Below, one piece after another: positions 14,955-22,909 of a stretch of 32,000 bases of DNA. Both the position numbers and the translations under genes were made by a program. Location of the stretch: contig JAUYHT010000006.1 of assembly GCA_030688545.1 (NCBI GenBank), forward strand, positions 390,001 to 422,000, given 5' to 3'. The notes beneath the pieces are model-generated. The model did no database searches. It was not told the DNA's origin and saw only the letters and a program-made list of their open reading frames with translations. This DNA comes from Candidatus Iainarchaeum sp. Lineage in GTDB: Archaea > Iainarchaeota > Iainarchaeia > Iainarchaeales > VGJJ01. Each line of letters opens with the position of its first letter. Within the stretch, counting starts at the first letter, position 1.

Positions 14955-17345
14955 CTATTTAAGGGTTAATGCGAAGGGTTCGCCGAATGCCAACTCTTGA
15001 ATGGCATGCGCCGTCCGGATATCTTTTTCGAGTGCCGCGAAGCGAGCAGGAATGCGCGCGTGAGGAATAGGAGATTTGAGGGACAGCCCATTTTCTTTCT
15101 TGGTTTTCCAGATAAGGGAATTGAGATCCATCAATTCCTGGGTGGAAAATGAAATGTCATACGTGTGTTCGGCCGTGGGATAGGGAAGGGTGTGCACATC
15201 TTCTCCGTGGAGCGTGTGATATACATGGGCGGTGAACAAGGGGAGGATGGGGGCGAATGCCCGGAGGAGGGTGTCGAGGCAATAGTGGAGCGAGTAGAGG
15301 GCCCCATTCTGTTCCGCGGGAGTGAAGGCATTGTTTTCATTGTAAGCACGGTTTTTCACGAGTTCCACGTAGTGCGAGGAGAATGTTTCCCAGAGGAAGT
15401 GGCGCAAGGAAGAGGCGGGAGTGTAATAATCATAGTCCTCGAATCCTTTTTCGCAAGTTTCCACCACCCGACCCATTTCAGTCAGAATCCATTGGTCCAG
15501 GGGCTGCAATTCTTTTCCTTCGTTGAGCGTAGGGAGCCCGGATATGAACCGGGCGATATTTAGGAATTTGGTCAGGGTTTTTCCGGAGGCCTCGATGCGA
15601 CCATAGCTGCAGGACAAATCAGTACGAGAGATATTTCCTTCGGTGGCGATCCAAAGGCGCAGGGGCTCCGCTCCATATTTATCGAGAATATCCTGAGGGT
15701 TGATGACGTTCCCTAAAGACTTGGACATTTTGGTGCCTTTTTCATCGAGGATGTGGTAATTCACCCATACGACTTGGAAGAGTGGGGCGTCGTGCAAGAG
15801 GTAGTGTTTGAGCAGGGAATAATACAACCAGGTCCGAATGATTTCTTTCCCCTGCGGGCGAAGGGTGACTGGCAAATGGGCTTGGAAAAAAGGGTCATTG
15901 CGTCCTTTTCCTAGAATGTAAGCCGCGGAATTGGAGGAGTCGAACCACGTGTCAAGAACCCGGGTTTCTCCCGTGAAGGAAGCATGGCCGCAGGTTTGGC
16001 AGGCCTCGGCGGGACATTTTTCTTTCCAGGGACGGTAATATTTTCCTTTTGTGGGAACATAGGGGGTGCGACAGCTCCCGCAATACCAGAGGGGGATTTC
16101 CGTCCCGTAGTACCGTCGCCGGGATATAGGCCAGTCAATCTTGATGTTCTGGATCCAATCCACCAGGATCTTTCGGGAGGACTCATCATAGAATGTAAGT
16201 CCTTCCGCGATGCGGCGCATGGCCTCTTTCGCATGGGTCTGTTTAACGTAGTATTCGGGCATCGTGATGAATTCAATGATGTCCTTGGAGCGTTCACACA
16301 ATGGAACGGAGTGGGTTATTTTTTCCTGCTTGTCAAGCAAGCCCTTTTCTTTCAATTCAGTGGCAACCCGTATGCGTGCGTCCTTCGTTTTCAATCCGGA
16401 AAGGAATCCCGCGACATTCGTCATTAATCCTTCTTCATTGATGCAGGATTGGGGTTCGATTCCCATTTCGATGAGAAAACGGATAGCATCCGTGTCCCCG
16501 GCCGAGCGAGACATGAAGACGAGGCCAGTTCCAAATGTGGGGTCGGCGGCCGGGTGCGCCACGATGGGAACCTCCAAATCAAATAATGGGACTTTCGCTT
16601 TTTTCCCTTCGAGATGCGTGTACCGCGTGTCGGAAGGATGATAGATAACCATGGCGGCCGTGCACAATAGTTCAGGTCGCGTCGTGGCGATGACCAGTTT
16701 CTCATTTGAATCGGAGGCAGTGAAAATGACATAGGTGAGGAATGTTTCTTTTTCCCCTCGGATAATTTCGCTGTCCGCCAGCGTGGTGCGGCAGCCCGGG
16801 CAATAGTTGTTGAGCCGCGCGTCCTCGTAAATCAATCCCTTATTCCATAGGTCGATGAACGTATCCTGTGTGAGGGTGCGATAGGCCACGCTATCGGTTT
16901 CATACATGTCCCCCACGCGCCCCCCTATTTCCCAGGAGGTGTAGCTGTGACCCAAACGGAAGAAGGTGTCCAGGGAGGCCGTAGAGGCATCATTGAGTAC
17001 TGTTTGACACATTCCCAGGAATTGTTCCCGATCCACCTCATGAAGACGAACATTGAATTTTTTTTCAGCCGCCATCTCGATGGGCAACCCATTTCGGTCC
17101 AACCCAATGGGGAATAGTACCTCATACCCCTTCATGCGCTTGTAGCGCGCGAAAAAATCCATGATAGTGTACGTGGCCGCGTGTCCCATGTGGACTGGAG
17201 TATTTACATAAGGGGGTGGGGTGTCGATGGAGAATACTTTCTTAGAGGTGTTGGCGTCGAAGGCGTAGGCATGGGCTTTCTTCCATTGCTCCAAGAGCGG
17301 CCCCTCTAATGCCTTGTCCCATCGTTTGGCTTCCAGGGCTGGCAT
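14955..17345 (-). CDS. valS: Valine--tRNA ligase
   Basis: 796 aa. Class I motifs IDTPPPYVNTPVHMGHA (HIGH) and KMSKSLGNVI (KMSKS). ATTRPELL and FGTGLV editing-domain blocks are typical of archaeal ValRS. Confidence 0.9.
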   Translation of the reverse strand: MPALEAKRWDKALEGPLLEQWKKAHAYAFDANTSKKVFSIDTPPPYVNTPVHMGHAATYTIMDFFARYKRMKGYEVLFPIGLDRNGLPIEMAAEKKFNVRLHEVDREQFLGMCQTVLNDASTASLDTFFRLGHSYTSWEIGGRVGDMYETDSVAYRTLTQDTFIDLWNKGLIYEDARLNNYCPGCRTTLADSEIIRGEKETFLTYVIFTASDSNEKLVIATTRPELLCTAAMVIYHPSDTRYTHLEGKKAKVPLFDLEVPIVAHPAADPTFGTGLVFMSRSAGDTDAIRFLIEMGIEPQSCINEEGLMTNVAGFLSGLKTKDARIRVATELKEKGLLDKQEKITHSVPLCERSKDIIEFITMPEYYVKQTHAKEAMRRIAEGLTFYDESSRKILVDWIQNIKIDWPISRRRYYGTEIPLWYCGSCRTPYVPTKGKYYRPWKEKCPAEACQTCGHASFTGETRVLDTWFDSSNSAAYILGKGRNDPFFQAHLPVTLRPQGKEIIRTWLYYSLLKHYLLHDAPLFQVVWVNYHILDEKGTKMSKSLGNVINPQDILDKYGAEPLRLWIATEGNISRTDLSCSYGRIEASGKTLTKFLNIARFISGLPTLNEGKELQPLDQWILTEMGRVVETCEKGFEDYDYYTPASSLRHFLWETFSSHYVELVKNRAYNENNAFTPAEQNGALYSLHYCLDTLLRAFAPILPLFTAHVYHTLHGEDVHTLPYPTAEHTYDISFSTQELMDLNSLIWKTKKENGLSLKSPIPHARIPARFAALEKDIRTAHAIQELAFGEPFALTLK

Positions 17346-17368
17346 AACGTGAATGTTTATGAAAGGGG

Positions 17369-17374
17369 TTTAAA
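17369..17374 (-). promoter_or_regulatory. TATA box (TTTAAA) for valS, leaderless geometry
   Basis: 24 nt upstream of the valS ATG at 17345. Confidence 0.45.
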
Positions 17375-17403
17375 GGCCCACTCTCCCGACGGTTAACGTG
17401 ACA

Positions 17404-17409
17404 TTTAAA
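17404..17409 (+). promoter_or_regulatory. TATA box (TTTAAA) for the 17433 gene, leaderless geometry
   Basis: 24 nt upstream of ATG 17433. Confidence 0.45.
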
Positions 17410-17432
17410 GAGGCAAAATTTCTGAATTCAAA

Positions 17433-18119
17433 ATGAATCTTCCTAAACCCAGACTACCAAAACGGACTCTGGAGAAGGCAACCGTCGTAGGAGTACATCA
17501 CACAACCAGAACAAATAGCCGTGTAAATCGAAACGTGGCGCGGGTGATTGAGATTCTTAGAGAACTCAAGAAAAGAGGAGATACTAAAGTTGGAATTGAA
17601 TGTTTGGAAGACACCCCACAAGCTCGGAATAATCCCCCGAGGCGCTATTTTCACGCTTTGTACTTAAGAGCCAAACGTATGGGTATTCAACTGGTGGAAG
17701 TAGAGGATAATAAAGTGTTTCACCTGAAAACCTTGGTTGAAACATTGAGCGCCCCACTCAGGGCCAAAACACACTTGACGGTTGGCGCTAAATATTTCGG
17801 CGAATTCACTCAAAAGGAGCTGCATGAGATTATTAACGCGTTGAACTATTTCAGGTCCATTAGGATGGCTGAAATTGCTAAGGCCGAAAAATTGAACACC
17901 TTCATTGTAGGAGGTAAACACGCTATGCAATTAAACACTCCATCATACCAGGTTGTTTTTCTAGAGAAACATCCAGATATGTACCACGCCAGACCGCATA
18001 CGTTGGAGGATCAACGCGTGAGAGAAAAAAGATACTTTGAAAAGTGGGAGAGGCTAATCCATGAAATGTACCAAGCATCTTCAGTAAAAAGTAACCGAGC
18101 GCGGCGCTCACAACCCTAA
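17433..18119 (+). CDS. Hypothetical protein, low-GC orphan; faint TraB/Tiki/ChaN-superfamily resemblance
   Basis: 228-aa ORF, visibly A/T-richer than its flanks. N-terminal VVGVHHT...VGIECLED and C-terminal FIVGGKHAMQL resemble the GTxH...E...GxxH layout of TraB/Tiki proteins. Not verifiable without an HMM search. The 3' end overlaps the dnaJ 3' end by 12 nt. Confidence 0.55.
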   Translation: MNLPKPRLPKRTLEKATVVGVHHTTRTNSRVNRNVARVIEILRELKKRGDTKVGIECLEDTPQARNNPPRRYFHALYLRAKRMGIQLVEVEDNKVFHLKTLVETLSAPLRAKTHLTVGAKYFGEFTQKELHEIINALNYFRSIRMAEIAKAEKLNTFIVGGKHAMQLNTPSYQVVFLEKHPDMYHARPHTLEDQRVREKRYFEKWERLIHEMYQASSVKSNRARRSQP

Positions 18120-19235
18120 AAATCCTTTTTTCTTTGGGCTTTTCGTGGGGGGGCCTTTCTCTAATCCCCGCAGTTCTTCCAGGAGCTCTTTTTCCCGCTT
18201 AGATATTTTTGAAGGCACCTGCACGCGCACGCGTACGAAGAAGTCGCCGTGGGCATTCCCTTTCAGGTGGGGGATACCTTTCCCTTTCATACGGAAAACC
18301 CTCCCGGGATCGGTGGCGGGGGGAATAGTAAGCGTGGCTTTTCCTTTGAGAATAGGCACTTCAATTTCCCCACCTAAAACGGCATCCGCATAGGAGATGG
18401 GAATTTCGGTGAACACATCATACCCGTCCCGTTGAAATAATTCATGCGGGAGAATACGCACAATAACGTATAGGTCGCCTGTTTTTCCAGTAGAGGAAGC
18501 ATTGCCTTGCCCGGTGAGGCGGATGTGCTGGCCGTGGTCGATTCCCGCGGGAAAGGTGATGTCGATATCTTCCTTTTTGGATTGGATGCCTTTTCCCTTG
18601 CAGGTTTCACACGGGTCTTTCACCATTTCTCCCGTGCCCCGGCACCGGGAGCATGGCATGCTGGTTTGGAACATCCCGAAGGCGGTGCGTTGGGTGTGCA
18701 CCTCCATCCCTCTACCTTTGCACACCGTGCAGGTCTCTTTCTTCCCAGTCTTGGATCCTGTTCCCTGGCAAGTAGGACATGTGACGGAGCGGGTGAGGGT
18801 AATGGTTTTGGTAGTTCCGAAGGCGGCTTCCTCGAAAGTCAATTCTATTTCCCCTCGGAGATTCAGATTTTCACGCGGACGTCCAAACCCCGTGCTTCCC
18901 CCTCCGAAGGCTTGGCGGAGGACGTCTTCAAACCCCCCGAAATCGGTGAAGGCGCTGCTGAAGAAATCCGCGAAGTCCCCATATCCTCCAGAAGAGAATC
19001 CTCCAGGATATCCTTGGGAAAAAGCCTCCGAGCCATATTGGTCATAGCTCTGCCTCTTCTGGGGGTCGGAGAGCACCTGGTAGGCTTCGGCCACTTCCTT
19101 GAATTTTTCAGTGGATTGAGAATCTGGATTCACGTCCGGGTGCCACTGCTTGGCGAGCTTCTTGTAGGCGGATTTGATCTCGCTCTCGGAGGCGGAGCGG
19201 GGAATCCCGAGCACATCATAATAGTCTTTTCCCAT
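18108..19235 (-). CDS. dnaJ: Molecular chaperone DnaJ (type I Hsp40)
   Basis: 375 aa. J domain with HPD (KQWHPDVNP), a G/F region, and four CxxCxGxG zinc motifs (CPTCQGTG, CTVCKGRG, CSRCRGTG, CETCKGKG). Confidence 0.95.
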   Translation of the reverse strand: MGKDYYDVLGIPRSASESEIKSAYKKLAKQWHPDVNPDSQSTEKFKEVAEAYQVLSDPQKRQSYDQYGSEAFSQGYPGGFSSGGYGDFADFFSSAFTDFGGFEDVLRQAFGGGSTGFGRPRENLNLRGEIELTFEEAAFGTTKTITLTRSVTCPTCQGTGSKTGKKETCTVCKGRGMEVHTQRTAFGMFQTSMPCSRCRGTGEMVKDPCETCKGKGIQSKKEDIDITFPAGIDHGQHIRLTGQGNASSTGKTGDLYVIVRILPHELFQRDGYDVFTEIPISYADAVLGGEIEVPILKGKATLTIPPATDPGRVFRMKGKGIPHLKGNAHGDFFVRVRVQVPSKISKREKELLEELRGLEKGPPTKSPKKKGFLGL

Positions 19236-19308
19236 AAGCAGGCCTTCCGAGGAAGAGCAAGGTCACGCGGCATATAAAGGCGCGTTTTGGTGACCATGAG
19301 TCTTCCGT

Positions 19309-21165
19309 CTACTTGGCTTTGGGCTCATCATCGTGGACCTTGAAGGTGGCATCCACGGGTTCGTCTTTGGTTTCATCCTCGTTGGTTCCTCCTTGGGGTG
19401 GGGGCGTGGGGGGGGTTGACTGGTAGATCTCTTTCCCTATTTCCTGGAGATCCTTATTGAAAGATGTCAAGGCGGTCTTTATTTCCCCCACGGGTTTGGG
19501 TTCCTTCCCCAGCAATCCTTTCAGTGCCTCAATCCCCTTCTCCACTTTTTCCTTGGTGGCGGGTTTGATCTTGTCTTTCATGTCGGTGAGCATCTGTTCG
19601 GTACTGTATACCAGGGCATCCGCTTGGTTCACTGTTTCCACCTCTTCCTTGCGCTTCAAATCCTGCTCGGCATAGGATTGGGCTTCCTGGCGCATGCGCT
19701 CCACTTCCTTCTCGTCCAGTTTTTGCGCAGCCACAATCTGGATGCTCTGCTGTTTGCCTGTTCCTTTGTCCACGGCCGTGACGTGCAATATCCCATTGGC
19801 ATCGATGTCGAATGTCACTTCCACTTGAGGCACGCCTCGAGGAGCAGGAAGAATCCCTTGGAGGACGAAGGTGCCTAATAGTTTGTTGTCCACCCCCATG
19901 GGGCGTTCCCCTTGAAACACCTTGATTTCTACCGCGGGCTGGTTGTCGGCGGCCGTGGAGAATATTTGGCTTTTCTTGTGGGGGATAGTGGTGTTGCGTT
20001 CGATGAGCTTGGTCATCACTCCCCCTAAAGTTTCTATTCCCAGACTGAGAGGAGTGACATCCAGGAGAAGCACATCCTTGATCTCCCCGCCCAGCACGCC
20101 AGCTTGGATGGCGGCGCCCATGGCGACACATTCCATGGGATCAACCCCCGTCTCCCCTTTCGTGCCTAAAATGCGTTCAACAAAGCTTCGCACGATGGGC
20201 ATGCGCGTGGGTCCCCCCACCATGATGACCTTAGATATGTCACCTGGGGTATATTTGGCGTCGGCCAAAGCCTGGTTGATGGGCTTTTCACATCGCTGGA
20301 CAATGGGCCGCACCAGTTCTTCCAATTTGGCCCGGTTGAGCTTGAGCACAAGGTGTTTAGGTCCACTTGAGTCGGCGGTGATGTAGGGGAGGTTGATCTC
20401 GGTTTCAAGGGTCGTCGATAGCTCTATTTTGGCGCGCTCGGCTCCTTCCTGCACGCGTTGCATGGCCGTCTTGTCTTTGGACACATCCACTCTTTCGAGG
20501 CGTTGGAATTCCTTCACGAGGTAATTCACGAGCACCGCATCCATGTCCGTGCCCCCGAGTTGGGTGTCTCCAGAAGTGGCTTTCACCTCGAACACTCCAT
20601 CCCCGAATTCCATTACCGTAACGTCCAGTGTTCCCCCACCCAGGTCGAACACCAAAATTTTCTGTTCGCCCGTCTTCTTATCCAATCCATAGGCCAGGGA
20701 GGCGGCCGTGGGTTCGTTGATGATGCGGATGACCTCCAACCCAGCAATGCGGCCGGCATCCTTAGTAGCTTGGCGCTGGTTATCATCAAAATACGCGGGA
20801 ACTGTAATAACCGCTTTCTCCACCTTGTCCCCGAGGAAGGACTCCGCGTCCTTCTTTATCTTTTGGAGGATGAATGCCGAAATCTGGGGGGGCGTGTAAG
20901 TTTTCCCATGCACTGTATAGGTGTGATTGGTTCCCATCTTCCGCTTGGCCGCGGTGATGGTTCCTTCCGGATTGGAAACGGCTTGCCGGCGCGCGGGCTC
21001 CCCGACTAACACCTGGTTGTCTTTGGTGAATGCCACCACGGAAGGAAAGGCCTTTCCATATAGAGTGTTGCCTTCCGCGCTTGGGATGATGCGGGGCTTC
21101 CCCCCTTCTAATACGGCCGCGGCCGAGTTGGATGTCCCCAAGTCGATTCCAATCACTTTACTCAT
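19309..21165 (-). CDS. dnaK: Molecular chaperone DnaK (Hsp70)
   Basis: 618 aa. [26 protein letters not shown] and the rest of the Hsp70 signature throughout. Confidence 0.97.
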   Translation of the reverse strand: MSKVIGIDLGTSNSAAAVLEGGKPRIIPSAEGNTLYGKAFPSVVAFTKDNQVLVGEPARRQAVSNPEGTITAAKRKMGTNHTYTVHGKTYTPPQISAFILQKIKKDAESFLGDKVEKAVITVPAYFDDNQRQATKDAGRIAGLEVIRIINEPTAASLAYGLDKKTGEQKILVFDLGGGTLDVTVMEFGDGVFEVKATSGDTQLGGTDMDAVLVNYLVKEFQRLERVDVSKDKTAMQRVQEGAERAKIELSTTLETEINLPYITADSSGPKHLVLKLNRAKLEELVRPIVQRCEKPINQALADAKYTPGDISKVIMVGGPTRMPIVRSFVERILGTKGETGVDPMECVAMGAAIQAGVLGGEIKDVLLLDVTPLSLGIETLGGVMTKLIERNTTIPHKKSQIFSTAADNQPAVEIKVFQGERPMGVDNKLLGTFVLQGILPAPRGVPQVEVTFDIDANGILHVTAVDKGTGKQQSIQIVAAQKLDEKEVERMRQEAQSYAEQDLKRKEEVETVNQADALVYSTEQMLTDMKDKIKPATKEKVEKGIEALKGLLGKEPKPVGEIKTALTSFNKDLQEIGKEIYQSTPPTPPPQGGTNEDETKDEPVDATFKVHDDEPKAK

Positions 21166-21769
21166 TGTTTTTCCCCCCTGTGGTGTTATGGATTTCCGGA
21201 TCGGTTGTTTGTGTGTCCGGAGTGAAAGTATTTACATTGACTTTGGCCGTGCGGAGCACGGTATCATTGAATAGGTAGCCTTTCTGGTATTCTTCCAGAA
21301 CGATTCCCTCTTCTTTTTGGGGGTCGTTTCCCTGTTGCAGGCACTCGTGAAAATGGGGATCGAATTTTTTTCCTTTGGCTAAAATAGGGCGGATACCATG
21401 GTGATTCAATATGGCCAGGAATTGCTGACGGAGGGATTCCATTCCTTTCAACAAATCGGGGGAGGCATGCTGGGCCGCGGCGTCTAATGCATCCGCGAAT
21501 GAGAGGAGGTCGCGGAACGCCAATGCCTTTCCCTGCATCTGACTCTCAGCCATTTCCCGCACCATGCGTTTGCGGTAATTCTCAAAATCCGCCTGCACCC
21601 TCTGAAGGGTGGCGAGGAGATCATGTGAGGAGAGAGAGGATTTAGGAGACTCCTGAGAGGAATGAGAGGATTTGGGAGAATCGGGGGGGGTGGGGGATTC
21701 AATGGTCTCCGGAGGAGAAGACGATTTCAGGTTTGCGAGTGGGGGTTTGGGATCGGCCATGAGAGTCAC
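21158..21769 (-). CDS. grpE: Nucleotide exchange factor GrpE
   Basis: 203 aa. DFENYRKR motif and GrpE C-terminal beta domain. Ser/Pro-rich low-complexity N-terminus. 8-nt overlap with dnaK. Confidence 0.9.
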   Translation of the reverse strand: MTLMADPKPPLANLKSSSPPETIESPTPPDSPKSSHSSQESPKSSLSSHDLLATLQRVQADFENYRKRMVREMAESQMQGKALAFRDLLSFADALDAAAQHASPDLLKGMESLRQQFLAILNHHGIRPILAKGKKFDPHFHECLQQGNDPQKEEGIVLEEYQKGYLFNDTVLRTAKVNVNTFTPDTQTTDPEIHNTTGGKNNE

Positions 21770-21784
21770 CAGATTTCAAAAGTG

Positions 21785-21812
21785 TCCATATTTTTTGGAT
21801 AATAACATGGAT
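21785..21812. promoter_or_regulatory. Imperfect inverted repeat (candidate operator) over the grpE promoter region
   Basis: TCCATAT (21785-21791) and ACATGGA (21806-21812) match 6 of 7 as an inverted repeat. They flank the A/T-rich TATA-like segment 16-43 nt upstream of the grpE ATG. Confidence 0.3.
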
Positions 21813-21828
21813 TTCTAGTCATCCTTCA

Positions 21829-21834
21829 TTTAAA
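21829..21834 (+). promoter_or_regulatory. TATA box (TTTAAA) for the wHTH regulator gene, leaderless geometry
   Basis: 23 nt upstream of ATG 21857. Confidence 0.45.
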
Positions 21835-21856
21835 CCTTCCGGTCCTGAAGAAAAGC

Positions 21857-22294
21857 ATGCCGTCCCTCCGGCAGTCCGGGTTCCGGATTGTCATCCGCCG
21901 GGTGGAACCGCCTTTCGAGCGGGATCCTGAGCAAGAAATGGAGTGGATCTGTCAAAGCCTGGGTTTCCTCCCCCTGAGGGGGGATCGGACGGCCATTGAT
22001 ATTTTCAAGCGGGTAGTGAAGGCCACCGAGGAAGGAAATGGAATTTCTTCCACCCAATTGGCGATCGCCTTGTCGTTGTCCCGGGGAGCGGTTATCAATC
22101 AACTCAACAACCTCCTCCGAAGTGGGTTAGTGGTGAAGGAAGGTCACAAATATTTTGCCCGCTCCCGGAGCATGGTGCGCACCCTCCGGGAGGTGGAGGA
22201 GGATGTCAAGCGCATATTCGACACGATGGAAGCGTATGCGCGGGAGATAGACAAGGAATTCGGCGTCTGGGAGAATGATTTTCCGGGGAGATGA
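21857..22294 (+). CDS. Winged helix-turn-helix transcriptional regulator (ArsR/TrmB-like)
   Basis: 145 aa. ISSTQLAIALSLSRGAVINQLNNLLRSGLVVKEG is a typical wHTH recognition helix plus wing. Divergent from grpE-dnaK-dnaJ. Confidence 0.7.
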   Translation: MPSLRQSGFRIVIRRVEPPFERDPEQEMEWICQSLGFLPLRGDRTAIDIFKRVVKATEEGNGISSTQLAIALSLSRGAVINQLNNLLRSGLVVKEGHKYFARSRSMVRTLREVEEDVKRIFDTMEAYAREIDKEFGVWENDFPGR

Positions 22295-22334
22295 ATAGCC
22301 TCCGATCATTTTAGCGTTGATGAAAAGCATTCTC

Positions 22335-22341
22335 ATTTATT
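22335..22341 (+). promoter_or_regulatory. TATA-like element (ATTTATT) for the HExxH membrane protein gene
   Basis: 23 nt upstream of ATG 22364. Confidence 0.4.
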
Positions 22342-22363
22342 GGTGAGCGTTTCCTAGAATTGT

Positions 22364-22879
22364 ATGACATGGCACGCAGTATTATTTCCAGGCGTGTGGG
22401 TGCATGAGCTTTCCCACGCACTAGGATGCGTGCTCTCGGGGGTGCCGGTGCACCGGATTGAAGTGAAGATGTCCTCCGGAAGGGTGGTGCATGCCCCCCC
22501 TACGTGCCGGGGGAGCGTGCTCATCGGTCTCGCTCCACTCGTTATAGGCACTTTCCTGGCGCTGTTCGCTTTCTCCTGGGGGAAGGCGGAGGGATGGTCT
22601 TCCCCTTTCTTGGCCCTATTTTGGGGATGGTTGGGTTTCGCCATCGCGTTTCATTCCATCCCCAGCTATACGGATATGCGCAACATCCCCGCCACCGCCG
22701 TGCGTCGGATGGGAGAATTGTGGACAAGCAACCATTCCCTGGGGAGGAAATTAGTCTTTTCCCCAGGGTATGGAGGGGCATGGGTGGGGGGATGGATGAT
22801 GGCCATAGGGGGAATGCTGGTCAACACCTCGGTTTTATTCAGGATCCTTTGGGGAATTGGGATATGGGGGGTAGCGTGA
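22364..22879 (+). CDS. Putative membrane zinc metallopeptidase (HExxH, DUF3267-like)
   Basis: 171 aa. HELSH at residues 14-18 (WVHELSHALGCV), followed by several hydrophobic helices. Confidence 0.55.
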   Translation: MTWHAVLFPGVWVHELSHALGCVLSGVPVHRIEVKMSSGRVVHAPPTCRGSVLIGLAPLVIGTFLALFAFSWGKAEGWSSPFLALFWGWLGFAIAFHSIPSYTDMRNIPATAVRRMGELWTSNHSLGRKLVFSPGYGGAWVGGWMMAIGGMLVNTSVLFRILWGIGIWGVA

Positions 22880-22882
22880 TCT

Positions 22883-22888
22883 TTTATA
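22883..22888 (+). promoter_or_regulatory. TATA box (TTTATA) for the Cys-repeat lipoprotein gene
   Basis: 22 nt upstream of ATG 22910. Confidence 0.4.
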
Positions 22889-22909
22889 GCGGGGGGGAGT
22901 GGGGGTGTC

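Noticed and set aside
18502-21009. Long antisense ORFs inside dnaJ and dnaK: 18507-19277 (256 aa), 18502-19047 (181 aa), 19529-20131 (200 aa, same strand, other frame) and 20458-21009 (183 aa)
   Set aside because: They overlap unmistakable Hsp40/Hsp70 coding sequence. They have no family resemblance and skewed Arg/Gly/His composition. They are frame shadows of highly conserved genes.
21600-21769. Ser/Pro-rich semi-repeats (SPKSS, ESP) at the GrpE N-terminus as a separate feature
   Set aside because: GrpE N-termini are commonly low-complexity and disordered. There is no DNA-level tandem repeat of note.
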